Under the pieces are notes generated by a model. That model saw only the letters and a list, made by a program, of their open reading frames with translations. It made no database searches and was not told where the DNA came from. 64,000 bases of DNA from Patescibacteria group bacterium (GTDB lineage Bacteria; Patescibacteriota; Patescibacteriia; CAIXNZ01): positions 2,653 to 66,652 of the forward strand of contig JBAZJU010000005.1 of the NCBI GenBank assembly GCA_041651155.1, given 5' to 3'. The number at the start of each line of letters is the position of its first letter. Position 1 is the stretch's first letter. Shown piece after piece: positions 37,553-46,753 of the stretch. The position numbers and the translations under genes were made by a program.

Positions 37553-38074
37553 ATGAAAAAAATTATAAAGATCGCCTTGTTAATAATTTTTATTATCTTA
37601 TTAGTCTGTTTGTTTCTCTATATATATTTTATAAATCTGAATAAAGTTGTTGTTTTCGAAAATAATCAAAAGGCAGAATATTATGTGCATGAATATTGGG
37701 TATATAAAGAGATTAAGGATAATAAATCATATATCGATATAGCATTAGGACTTCATAGGCCTTGGTCGATTAAGTATCTTCATACCCTACCCAAATATGA
37801 GAGAGTTGCAGTTTTACATTTAGTTTTTAATGGTAATATCTTAGAAGAATCTAAATATTTTTTTCTTAAGCTTTCTAGCCTAAATGATAAAGATAAAATA
37901 ATAAATTTGGTAGGTGTCGCGCAGCTAAATAATACCTATTTATCGAATATAAATTTAGAGGGGAAGGAAGATAATAATTCACAAGTGGGGTACTATTTGA
38001 AAAAAATTAATTTAATCAATGCTAAAAGCATTGATGTCGATGCGGAATCATATTGGTTTGCTCAAGGAAAATAA
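37553..38074 (+). CDS. Putative immunity protein (N-terminal membrane anchor)
   Basis: Follows the orphan toxin, low GC, single TM. Confidence 0.7.
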   Translation: MKKIIKIALLIIFIILLVCLFLYIYFINLNKVVVFENNQKAEYYVHEYWVYKEIKDNKSYIDIALGLHRPWSIKYLHTLPKYERVAVLHLVFNGNILEESKYFFLKLSSLNDKDKIINLVGVAQLNNTYLSNINLEGKEDNNSQVGYYLKKINLINAKSIDVDAESYWFAQGK

Positions 38075-38075
38075 T

Positions 38076-38483
38076 ATGAAACGAATTTTTTGCATCATTT
38101 TTATCCTTTTATTCCTATTCTCTCCATTGGCTGTTTTCGCTCAAGCAGAGAGCTTTCCTGCACCTATTGATACCCAAGTCTGTGTTATTCCAGTCTATCT
38201 TTTTGCTACCCAAGAAGGGGGTGCTTTAGCCATCACGCCAGTCGCCGAAAACCAGTATTTATATGCTTATGCTACATCTGCTGAAAAAGTGGAAACTGGC
38301 CTCATAAACCCCACAGGAACTGCGACAGCAGACCAATCCTCAACAGAACTCGGAGACCAGCCAATCATTCCCATGGGTTTGCTTTTGGTCGCTGTGGGTT
38401 CTGATCCTGATGCCGTAAACTCATTCTTGGAAACTGGAGAGGGTGTTGGCCAGCGGATTTTCACGGGGCACATAGCAAACTAA
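38076..38483 (+). CDS. Secreted hypothetical protein ending in an RHS-core-like fragment
   Basis: MKRIFCIIFILLFLFSPLAVFA signal peptide; ends in FTGHIAN. Confidence 0.6.
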   Translation: MKRIFCIIFILLFLFSPLAVFAQAESFPAPIDTQVCVIPVYLFATQEGGALAITPVAENQYLYAYATSAEKVETGLINPTGTATADQSSTELGDQPIIPMGLLLVAVGSDPDAVNSFLETGEGVGQRIFTGHIAN

Positions 38484-38587
38484 TGCTAAAAAGAGATTCC
38501 TTTTCTGGGGGTCTTTTTTTGTTTTCTTAAAATCTCAAATTATGCTAAAATTAAAATAGGATTAAATATTATTAAATCCTTTATTTT

Positions 38588-40258
38588 ATGTTATCCAGCC
38601 AGAAATTAAGAGAGATTTTAGTTAAGCCGGGCTATATTAAAGAGCTTGATTTTAGCACAGCCCAAAAAGAGGCCAAGCTCAAGAAATTAAGCCTGGAACA
38701 GGTTTTGGTTGATAATGGCTTAATCAAGGATGAGAATTTGGGGCAGTTAATTGCCGAAGCTCTGCAATTTCGCTATGTGAGTTTGGCCAAAAAGACTATT
38801 AAACCGGAAATTTTAAAGATTATTCCGGAAATTGTGGCAAAAAAACAGCTGATCATTGCTTTTGATAAAAATAAAGACGGTCTGTTTGTGGCTATGAATA
38901 ATCCTGATAATTTGCAGTTCCAGCATTTTTTGGCCAAAAAAACTGGGGATAAAATAATTCTATTTTACGCCACCCAAAAAGATATTTTAAAATCTGCCAG
39001 GCTTTATCACAAAGAACTTAAGGAGGAATTTTCAGATTTGATTTTAAAGCATTTAAAACAGGTTAAAACAGGCGGTGATGAAAAATTGCCGATCATTAAA
39101 ATTGTTGAGTCCCTGATAAAATACGGTTATGAAAACCGCGCCTCAGATATTCATATTGAACCGCATGACAATGACACTCTTATTCGTTTTAGAATTGACG
39201 GAGTTTTGCATGATGTCTTATCAATTCCTAAAGAATATCATGACATGATCGTGTCCAGAATAAAAATCATGTCTAATTTACGCACTGATGAACACAAAAG
39301 CAGCCAGGATGGCAAATGCAGATTTAATTTAGCTGATGAAAAATTGGATATCAGAGTTTCTGTTGTGCCAATCATTGAGGGCGAGAAAATTGTGCTGCGC
39401 TTACTCTCCAAAAAAACCAAAGAATTAAATTTAGAAAATTTGGGTTTAAGTAAAGCTGAAGCTAAAAAAGTAACAGAAGCCATCAAAAATCCTTATGGCA
39501 TGATTTTGGCAACTGGCCCGACCGGATCTGGCAAAACCACGACTTTGTATGCGATTTTAAAGATTTTAAATAACCGCGATGTTAATATCTCCACAATTGA
39601 AGATCCCGTTGAATATGATGTTGAAGGCATTAACCAGATTCAGGTGGATAGCGAAACCAATCTGACTTTTGCCAAAGGCTTAAGATCTATTTTAAGGCAG
39701 GATCCTGATATTATTATGGTAGGTGAAATCAGAGATGAGGAAACAGCGAAAATTGCCATTAATTCAGCCATGACCGGGCATTTAGTATTATCAACTCTGC
39801 ATACTAATGATGCCGCCACAACTTTGCCTCGTTTGCTGGATATGAAAGTTAAACCGTATTTAATTGCTTCTACCGTGTTAATTGCTATTGCCCAGCGTCT
39901 GGTCAGAAAAATTTGCCCCAATTGCATTAAAAGTTATAGCTTACCAAGCGAGGAATTTTTAAAATTAGTTCCCAAAACTATTGGTTCAAAATTTACTGAT
40001 GGCAAAACAAAAATTACTCTTTATAAAGGCGAGGGCTGTAAGTTGTGCCATAAAACAGGTTATTTGGATCGGCTGGGAATTTTTGAAGTTTTAACAGTCA
40101 GTCCGGCCATTCGTGATTTAATTGTAAAAAAAGCTACAAGCCAGCAAATTAAAAAACAGGCAATTGATGAAGGCATGGTCACCATGTTAGAAAACGGGCT
40201 TGAAAAAGCTCTTTTGGGCTTAACCACTCTGGAAGAGGTTTTAAGAATAATAAAATAA
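38588..40258 (+). CDS. pilB: Type IV pilus/T2SS assembly ATPase (PilB/GspE)
   Basis: ASDIHIEP, GPTGSGKT, TIEDPVE, LRQDPDIIMVGEIRD, Cys4. Confidence 0.95.
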   Translation: MLSSQKLREILVKPGYIKELDFSTAQKEAKLKKLSLEQVLVDNGLIKDENLGQLIAEALQFRYVSLAKKTIKPEILKIIPEIVAKKQLIIAFDKNKDGLFVAMNNPDNLQFQHFLAKKTGDKIILFYATQKDILKSARLYHKELKEEFSDLILKHLKQVKTGGDEKLPIIKIVESLIKYGYENRASDIHIEPHDNDTLIRFRIDGVLHDVLSIPKEYHDMIVSRIKIMSNLRTDEHKSSQDGKCRFNLADEKLDIRVSVVPIIEGEKIVLRLLSKKTKELNLENLGLSKAEAKKVTEAIKNPYGMILATGPTGSGKTTTLYAILKILNNRDVNISTIEDPVEYDVEGINQIQVDSETNLTFAKGLRSILRQDPDIIMVGEIRDEETAKIAINSAMTGHLVLSTLHTNDAATTLPRLLDMKVKPYLIASTVLIAIAQRLVRKICPNCIKSYSLPSEEFLKLVPKTIGSKFTDGKTKITLYKGEGCKLCHKTGYLDRLGIFEVLTVSPAIRDLIVKKATSQQIKKQAIDEGMVTMLENGLEKALLGLTTLEEVLRIIK

Positions 40259-40260
40259 AT

Positions 40261-41355
40261 ATGAATGAGGGGAAAGAATTTAAGTATTTAAACTGGCACA
40301 TTAATTTCGGTTTTAATGTGGAAAAGATTTTATTTGCCAAAACTTTAGCCACGATTTTAAATTCAGGCATTAATATCGCTGATGCTTTGCGCATTGTGGA
40401 AGCCCAGTCAGTCGGCCAATTTAAGCTTATTGTGGCTAATGTCAGAAAAGGCGTGGAAAGCGGAGAAAATTTAGCCAAAGCTTTAGCTAAATATCCCAGA
40501 TATTTTAATCCAGTTTATATTGGCTTGGTTAATGTGGGTGAAAAAACAGGGCGTTTAGTGGAATGTTTAAATTATGTGGCCGAGCAGCAGGAAAAAGATC
40601 TGGAATTATCGCGCAAAGTCCAGTCAGCTTCACTTTATCCCATGATTGTCTTTGCGTGCTTAATGGCTCTGGCCGCGCTTTTGAGCTATTATATTTTGCC
40701 CCAGCTGATTGTGGTTTTCAATTCATTTAATATGCCTTTGCCCTGGACCACAAAATTGCTTTTAGCCGTCGCTCAGATTATCAGGGATCATGGGATTTTA
40801 ATTCTAGTTTCAATCTTGGCATTTTTAATTTTTGTCAGGTATTTAGTCAGAACCAAAACAATCAAGCCCTATTGGCAGGCAGCTGGCTTAAGCATTCCTT
40901 TTTTCGGGGAACTGATCAGAAAATTAAACTTAGCGCGTTTTTGCTTGATTATTGGCGTGCTTTTAAAAAGCGGTATCCCGCTAAATGAAGCTCTTGATAT
41001 CGGCATTGAGAGTTTAAGCAATGAAGTTTACAAAATTCAGCTTAAAAAAGTTAAAGCCAGAGTAGTGGCCGGATTATCATTGGGCGAAGCAATTGAAAAT
41101 TTAAATAAGCCTGATTTATTTCCCAAAGTAGTGTCGCAAATGATTAGCGTAGGTGAGCGCACAGGCACTTTGGAAAAAAATATTTTATACTTGTCTGATT
41201 TTTACCAAAAAGATGTTGATAATATCAGCAAGAATTTATCCAATGTGCTGGAGCCGATTTTATTGATTGCGGTCGGATTAGTCGTGGCCTTAATTGGCGT
41301 GGCAATAATCTCCCCAATTTACGAATTTATTTCAACACTTAGCCACTCGATATAA
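40261..41355 (+). CDS. pilC: Type IV pilus inner membrane platform protein (PilC/GspF)
   Basis: Two T2SSF repeats, GEKTG/GERTG, YP, LEP. Confidence 0.93.
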   Translation: MNEGKEFKYLNWHINFGFNVEKILFAKTLATILNSGINIADALRIVEAQSVGQFKLIVANVRKGVESGENLAKALAKYPRYFNPVYIGLVNVGEKTGRLVECLNYVAEQQEKDLELSRKVQSASLYPMIVFACLMALAALLSYYILPQLIVVFNSFNMPLPWTTKLLLAVAQIIRDHGILILVSILAFLIFVRYLVRTKTIKPYWQAAGLSIPFFGELIRKLNLARFCLIIGVLLKSGIPLNEALDIGIESLSNEVYKIQLKKVKARVVAGLSLGEAIENLNKPDLFPKVVSQMISVGERTGTLEKNILYLSDFYQKDVDNISKNLSNVLEPILLIAVGLVVALIGVAIISPIYEFISTLSHSI

Positions 41356-41820
41356 ATGACAAATAAATTGCCAATTTCAAAATTTCAAACTTCAAATCCA
41401 GGATTTACTTTAATAGAATTATTAATTGTGATTGGAATAGTAGTTTTACTGGCTGCTATTTTTTTGCCTATTGGCCTGAATTTTTATCAGATTCAGGTTT
41501 TAAATCAAACCAATGACCAGGTCATCTGGCTTTTAAAACAAGCCAGAAGCAGTGCTTTAAGCCAAAAGAATAATTCTGCATTTGGCCTTTATTATAATAA
41601 TCAGCAATTAACTTTATATCAGGGCGCAAGTTATGAGGCAAGGCAAGTAGATTTTGATGTAAATTATAAAATACCCAGTAGTGTTAAAATTGAGGGCTTA
41701 AGCGATATCAATTTTAGTTTGGCTCAAGGTTTGCCCGGCCAAACTGGCACAATAATTTTAAGCTCTAATCAAATTACCAAAACAATTACGCTTAATTCAA
41801 TCGGTCTGATTGATTATTAA
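41356..41820 (+). CDS. Minor pilin (FimT/GspH-like)
   Basis: GFTLIELLIV N-methylation motif. Confidence 0.88.
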   Translation: MTNKLPISKFQTSNPGFTLIELLIVIGIVVLLAAIFLPIGLNFYQIQVLNQTNDQVIWLLKQARSSALSQKNNSAFGLYYNNQQLTLYQGASYEARQVDFDVNYKIPSSVKIEGLSDINFSLAQGLPGQTGTIILSSNQITKTITLNSIGLIDY

Positions 41821-41822
41821 TT

Positions 41823-43262
41823 ATGAAAAATAAAAATGGTTTTACTCTAATTGAAATTCTGCTGGCAGCGGCTATTTTTTTAATTATTTTTTTAGGCGTT
41901 AGTTTTTTAATGCTTGATAATCTTAATTTTAGTTTTAATAATCAGGAAAGAATAAGGGCTGAATTTTTAGCTCAAGAGGGAATTGAAGCCACTAAGGCGA
42001 TTGCCGATAATAATTTTAAGGATTTAACTGATGGGAGCCATGGTTTGGCTATAAATAATAATCAGTGGCAGCTGACTGATGCAGCCGAAAACCTTAATCA
42101 AACATTAAAAAATGGCCAGCGCCAGATTATTATTAGTGATCAGGACACGAATTTAAAAAAAGTTGAAAGTTTAGTGACCTGGCAGGATATTAAAAATAAT
42201 TCTAAAGAAACTTCATTGCTGACTTTTTTAAGCAACTGGCAGAGAACTTTAGGCGGGGATTGGTCAGAGCCGGTTGTGGATGGCTTTTATGCCATGGTCT
42301 CAGAAGCACGTTCTGTTTTCCATGTGGGCAATTACACTTATATCGGCGCTTTGAATTTTAAAGATGAGCCTGATTTTTATGTTTTTGACACTGCTGATTT
42401 AAAAAATCCCGCCTTAGTTGCCACTTTGGATTTAGGCGCTAACACTTGGGCCACGATTAATTCTATTTATGTGGTTGGCAATTATGCGTATTTAGCCACT
42501 AATATAAATGGCCGGGAATTTGTTGTTTTAGACATTAGCGATCCGCAAAATCCAATTGATGTTGCTCATCAGACAACGCAAACCTTAACCGACGCCACAG
42601 GCATCCATGTTTCAGGCGATTATGCTTATCTGACTAATTTATGGAAAAAGAACCAAAAACAGCTTTATGTTTTTAATATTGCCAATCCATTAAACCCCGA
42701 TTTTGTGTCCAGAATTGACCTGGCTGACTCAGCCTATAATTTAACTTTCCAGAATAATTACGTTTTTGTGGCTAGCGGCAAAGATGACCAGGAATTGCAG
42801 ATTATTGACGTGGCTGATCCTCAAGGCTCTACTCTCTATACCAGCTTAGATTTGCCAGGCGCAAATGATGCTTATGATGTTTATGTTAAAGATAATAAAG
42901 GTTATCTGGTTAGAGCCGCAGGCACTGACAGTTCTGAATTTTACATTTTAGATTTAAGTAATTTGCAATCCCCGCAAATAATCAGTTCCTTAAAATTAGC
43001 TTCTAATTTCAGGACAGTTTATGCTTTTGGCCCGGCCTCGGCCGAGACGGGCGATAAATATATGTTTGTAGGCGGTGATCTGGATAAAGAGCAATTTCAG
43101 GTCATTGATATTTCAGATTTAAATAATCCCAGAGTAATTTCAACTTTAGATATTAATGGCATTGTTTATGATTTGGTGACTGATGATGTGGCAGCCTACC
43201 TAGCTGTGGGCGGCGGGTTAACAGGCTTTAATGGTTTAAAGATAGTGGTACCGGGGCCATAA
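41823..43262 (+). CDS. Minor pilin with C-terminal LVIVD-repeat beta-propeller
   Basis: GFTLIE; repeated GNYAYLA...FVVLDISDP.NP units. Confidence 0.88.
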   Translation: MKNKNGFTLIEILLAAAIFLIIFLGVSFLMLDNLNFSFNNQERIRAEFLAQEGIEATKAIADNNFKDLTDGSHGLAINNNQWQLTDAAENLNQTLKNGQRQIIISDQDTNLKKVESLVTWQDIKNNSKETSLLTFLSNWQRTLGGDWSEPVVDGFYAMVSEARSVFHVGNYTYIGALNFKDEPDFYVFDTADLKNPALVATLDLGANTWATINSIYVVGNYAYLATNINGREFVVLDISDPQNPIDVAHQTTQTLTDATGIHVSGDYAYLTNLWKKNQKQLYVFNIANPLNPDFVSRIDLADSAYNLTFQNNYVFVASGKDDQELQIIDVADPQGSTLYTSLDLPGANDAYDVYVKDNKGYLVRAAGTDSSEFYILDLSNLQSPQIISSLKLASNFRTVYAFGPASAETGDKYMFVGGDLDKEQFQVIDISDLNNPRVISTLDINGIVYDLVTDDVAAYLAVGGGLTGFNGLKIVVPGP

Positions 43263-43270
43263 TTTTCATT

Positions 43271-43308
43271 CAGCCGAAGAGGCGATTTGCAAATCGCCTC
43301 TTCGGCTG
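43271..43308. repeat. Perfect 38-bp palindrome
   Basis: cagccgaagaggcgatttg|caaatcgcctcttcggctg. Confidence 0.9.
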
Positions 43309-43324
43309 TGGAATTTTTAATTAT

Positions 43325-44395
43325 ATGGATAATAAACCTAAAAAACAAAAAGGCTTTAGTTTGATTGAGCTGATTTTATATCTTGGGCTTTTGGCTTTTC
43401 TTTTTTCAGTGTTATTTGTTTTTTTCCAGCAGACGATTTATGCAAAGGCCAAAATAAATGATAAGATTGAACTGGTTGATAGCGGCCAGTTTGCCTTAAA
43501 TAAAATTGTTTGGTATCTCAAGCAGGCTGAGAGTGTAAATTCACCAGCCATTGGTCAGAGCCAAAATACCTTATCTCTAAATTTGGCTGACCAAACACAA
43601 AACCCAATAGAATTTTTGCTGGAAAATAATGTTTTATTAATGAAAATTAGTTCTAATCAAACTGTGGCGCTGACAAGCAGTAGAATTAAAGTTAATCAAA
43701 TTACGTTTTCAAATTTTGCTTTTTCCGCCAATAGTCCAATTATCCAAATACAAATGGAATTAGCCAGTGCAAGTCAGCTTTGGAAAAATCAGCCGATTAA
43801 GCTGCAGACAAGCGTTAATATATCCCATTTGGGCGCTGGGGATGAAGAATTGGGCGGAGAGCAATGTTCGGAAACAGAAATTATTCTGCAACCAACCGGT
43901 AATATAATCGCGCCAAAAGGCGATTTGGAATTAAAAGTAGTTGGTTCAGAAATCACTTATGGAGCTGGCGGTCCGCAAGTTGATGTTGATTCTAAGATCT
44001 GGCTAGATAACAATTTGCTGACTTTATTCGGCGGTGAGCCAGTGAATGGCGGCGAGCTATACACAGCTAGTTTATCTGCCCGGACCAATGTAGCGGTCAG
44101 AGCTCATGCGCAATACAGAACTATCTTCAGCCAATATTATGATTCAAACACAGGCTCCCCTCATGTGAAAGTTTTAAAAGATGGGGATGATTTGCCAAAC
44201 ACGCCTGTTTTTGGCAATCAGACTCCTTTACCCGCACTTTTGGCGCCCTTTATAGATGCAAATAGGAAAATCAGCATTTTAGATAAGCAAATTTTGATGC
44301 TTTTTGAATTTGGCGATTTAAATTCTGCTGCTGCTGATTTTCAGGATCTGGTCGTCTTATTTACTTTTACTCCTGATAATTCAATCTGCAATTAA
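43325..44395 (+). CDS. Minor pilin (PilW-like) with C-terminal extra domain
   Basis: GFSLIELILY; C-terminal DFQDLVV (DUF4114-like motif). Confidence 0.82.
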   Translation: MDNKPKKQKGFSLIELILYLGLLAFLFSVLFVFFQQTIYAKAKINDKIELVDSGQFALNKIVWYLKQAESVNSPAIGQSQNTLSLNLADQTQNPIEFLLENNVLLMKISSNQTVALTSSRIKVNQITFSNFAFSANSPIIQIQMELASASQLWKNQPIKLQTSVNISHLGAGDEELGGEQCSETEIILQPTGNIIAPKGDLELKVVGSEITYGAGGPQVDVDSKIWLDNNLLTLFGGEPVNGGELYTASLSARTNVAVRAHAQYRTIFSQYYDSNTGSPHVKVLKDGDDLPNTPVFGNQTPLPALLAPFIDANRKISILDKQILMLFEFGDLNSAAADFQDLVVLFTFTPDNSICN

Positions 44396-44406
44396 ATTAT
44401 GATATT

Positions 44407-44817
44407 ATGAATAAGCCAGGGTTAGTAGAAAAAGTGAAAAACGGCTATATTGCTCTAATTTCTTTAATTATTATTGGCGCCATTGTTTTAATCTCTGTTT
44501 TGGCTTTAACTTTTATCACCATAAGCCAGACCCAGAATATGATCAGCCAGAATCAAAGTTTAAAAAGTTATTATCTGGCCAATGCTTGCGCTCATTATGC
44601 GATTTTGCAATTACAAGACAATGTTAGTTATGGCGGAAATGAAACAATTGAAGTTGATAGCTACAATTGCCAGGTTGAGCAGATTTTAGACAGTGGCAAT
44701 GCCAATCGGATCATTAATACAAGCAGCAACGTAGCTAGCAGCAATGCAAAAATTCAGGTAATTATTTCCCAGCTTAAGCCCAGGACAATCATAAGTTCCT
44801 GGCAGCAAATTTATTAA
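44407..44817 (+). CDS. PilX-like minor pilin
   Basis: GYIALISLIII (no Glu+5), SYYLANAC, C-terminal SWQQ. Confidence 0.75.
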   Translation: MNKPGLVEKVKNGYIALISLIIIGAIVLISVLALTFITISQTQNMISQNQSLKSYYLANACAHYAILQLQDNVSYGGNETIEVDSYNCQVEQILDSGNANRIINTSSNVASSNAKIQVIISQLKPRTIISSWQQIY

Positions 44818-44824
44818 AAATAGT

Positions 44825-45913
44825 ATGTCAATTTTCCAGCAAATCAAAACCAAATTCCAAGCTAAATTTCCCATGGTGGCTGTTGATATTTCTGATAATT
44901 CCATGGAGTTAATGCAGTTAAAATCAGGGCCGGCAAAACCGCAGATTAGATCATCTTATCGCCAGGTGCTGAAAGCCAATTTAGTAAAAAATGGGGAAAT
45001 TATTGAGATTGACAAAGCAGCTGAAATTTTAAAACAGGCTTTTAATTCAGCTTTGCCAAAATTTAGCACAAAGTTTTGCCTTCTATCTTTGCCTGATAAG
45101 CAGTCATATTTTTTATCCCTGCATCTTAAAAGCCGGGCTGGAAATCTGGGAGATAAAATCAAGAAGTTGGCTCAGGAAAAATTGCCAGTTGATTTGGCAA
45201 CTTGTTATTTTGATTATTCGCTGACTCGTTCTGATAAAGAAGGCCAGGAAGTTTTTTTCGCAGCTGCAAGCAAAGATTTGGTTGAGCAATACCAGGAATT
45301 ATTTACCAAGGCAGGCCTTTATCTGGCAGCCATGGAATTTGAATCAGCTTCATTAGCCCGTGCCTTGTTGTCTGAAGAAGATTTGGTTAAGCCAATTTTG
45401 ATTGTTGATTTGGGGGCAGTGGCAACTGATATAATTCTGCGCGATCAGCATGGTTTTCGCGATCAGCTTAATTTGGTTTTTGGCGGTTATTATTTGACCA
45501 AAAAAATAGAAGAAAATTTAAATCTGGAATTTAAAGAAGCAGAACAGCTTAAGAAAAAAGAAGGCTTGAATCTGCGCCAAAACAATCTGGATAAAATTTT
45601 AGCTTTGAGTTTTAACGACTTATGCTCGGAAATTACCAATATAAAATCAGCTTATGAAAAACGGACAGGCCAGAAAATTGAAAAACTAATTTTAGCAGGG
45701 GGCACGAGCTTGCTTGCGGGCTTGCCGGAATTGTTGCATCAAAAATTACCCGGCTTACAGGTTGAAATGGGAGATCCAACCAAGCAATTAGATTTTTATG
45801 CAAAGAACCTAAAAAATGATAAAATATTATATAGCAATGTCATTGGCCTGGCTTTAAGGGGGCTCAATAAAGAAAGTCTGAACCAGGGCATTAACTTAAT
45901 TAAAATTAATTAA
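44825..45913 (+). CDS. pilM: Type IV pilus assembly protein PilM
   Basis: VAVDIS, VDLGA, LAGGTSLL, IGLALRG actin-like fold. Confidence 0.88.
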   Translation: MSIFQQIKTKFQAKFPMVAVDISDNSMELMQLKSGPAKPQIRSSYRQVLKANLVKNGEIIEIDKAAEILKQAFNSALPKFSTKFCLLSLPDKQSYFLSLHLKSRAGNLGDKIKKLAQEKLPVDLATCYFDYSLTRSDKEGQEVFFAAASKDLVEQYQELFTKAGLYLAAMEFESASLARALLSEEDLVKPILIVDLGAVATDIILRDQHGFRDQLNLVFGGYYLTKKIEENLNLEFKEAEQLKKKEGLNLRQNNLDKILALSFNDLCSEITNIKSAYEKRTGQKIEKLILAGGTSLLAGLPELLHQKLPGLQVEMGDPTKQLDFYAKNLKNDKILYSNVIGLALRGLNKESLNQGINLIKIN

Positions 45914-45923
45914 TAAAAACCCT

Positions 45924-46358
45924 ATGAAAAAACAAAAAGGTTTTACGCTGATTGAACTTTTGGTGGTGATTGGCATTATTGCGATTTTGGCAGCGATTGT
46001 GATTATCGCTATTAACCCCGCCCGCCAGTTTGCCTTGGCCAGAAACGCGCAACGCTGGAGCAATGTCAACACGATTATTAACGGTGTCTGGCAATATGGC
46101 GTTGACAATCAAGGCACTTTGCCTGCAACGATTACTGCAACGTCAACCGAAATTTGCAGAACAGGAGCAGCTAGCTGTACTGGGTTAGTGGATTTGTCGG
46201 TTTTGACTGAGAATGGCACTTACGTGGTGGCTATTCCTAATGATCCCAAAGGAGCATCAACCAACGGCACTGGTTATTTTATCAGCACAACCAATGGCCG
46301 CGTGACTGTGACAGCGCCGAGCGCAGAATTAGATGAAACAATTGAAGCTACTCGATAA
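45924..46358 (+). CDS. Major type IV pilin
   Basis: KGFTLIELLVVIGIIAILAAIVIIAINP...RNAQR. Confidence 0.92.
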   Translation: MKKQKGFTLIELLVVIGIIAILAAIVIIAINPARQFALARNAQRWSNVNTIINGVWQYGVDNQGTLPATITATSTEICRTGAASCTGLVDLSVLTENGTYVVAIPNDPKGASTNGTGYFISTTNGRVTVTAPSAELDETIEATR

Positions 46359-46371
46359 AACTAAATTTAAG

Positions 46372-46403
46372 AACCGCTTCCCGCATTGCGGGAGGCGGTT
46401 TTT
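46372..46403 (+). terminator. Intrinsic terminator of the pilus operon
   Basis: aaccgcttcccgc-att-gcgggaggcggtt-ttt. Confidence 0.8.
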
Positions 46404-46458
46404 AGTTGACTTTCATATTCAAATATGGTTAAATATTTAACAAGAAAAGGAGGCAATA

Positions 46459-46707
46459 ATGATTATTGAAATAACTCAGGGTAATTGGCATGAAGAATTG
46501 TCAAACATTAAGGGAATGGATAAATATCTGCAAACAACCTTACTGGCAGTTGTCGCGTCACATTTGCATAGGGTTTTACCTCCCTCGTGCGATGAAAAGA
46601 CTTTTGCCGCAAGCTTTAAAGAGATTGAAATAGTAAAAATTGATGGCAAAAGTTACAGAATAATTTTAAAAAACGAGCGTTTAAGACTTGAAGAAGTAAG
46701 CAGCTAA
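46459..46707 (+). CDS. Small hypothetical protein
   Basis: 82 aa; ttgact promoter, AGGAGG RBS, hairpin downstream. Confidence 0.65.
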   Translation: MIIEITQGNWHEELSNIKGMDKYLQTTLLAVVASHLHRVLPPSCDEKTFAASFKEIEIVKIDGKSYRIILKNERLRLEEVSS

Positions 46708-46753
46708 TTTTGGATGCAATAAACCCTGCACGCGGATGTGCAGGGTCTTTAAA

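Noticed and set aside
31427-38483. Integron cassette array
   Set aside because: No integrase and no attC-type GTTRRRY/RYYYAAC palindromes recognised between genes; the structure is explained by RHS orphan modules
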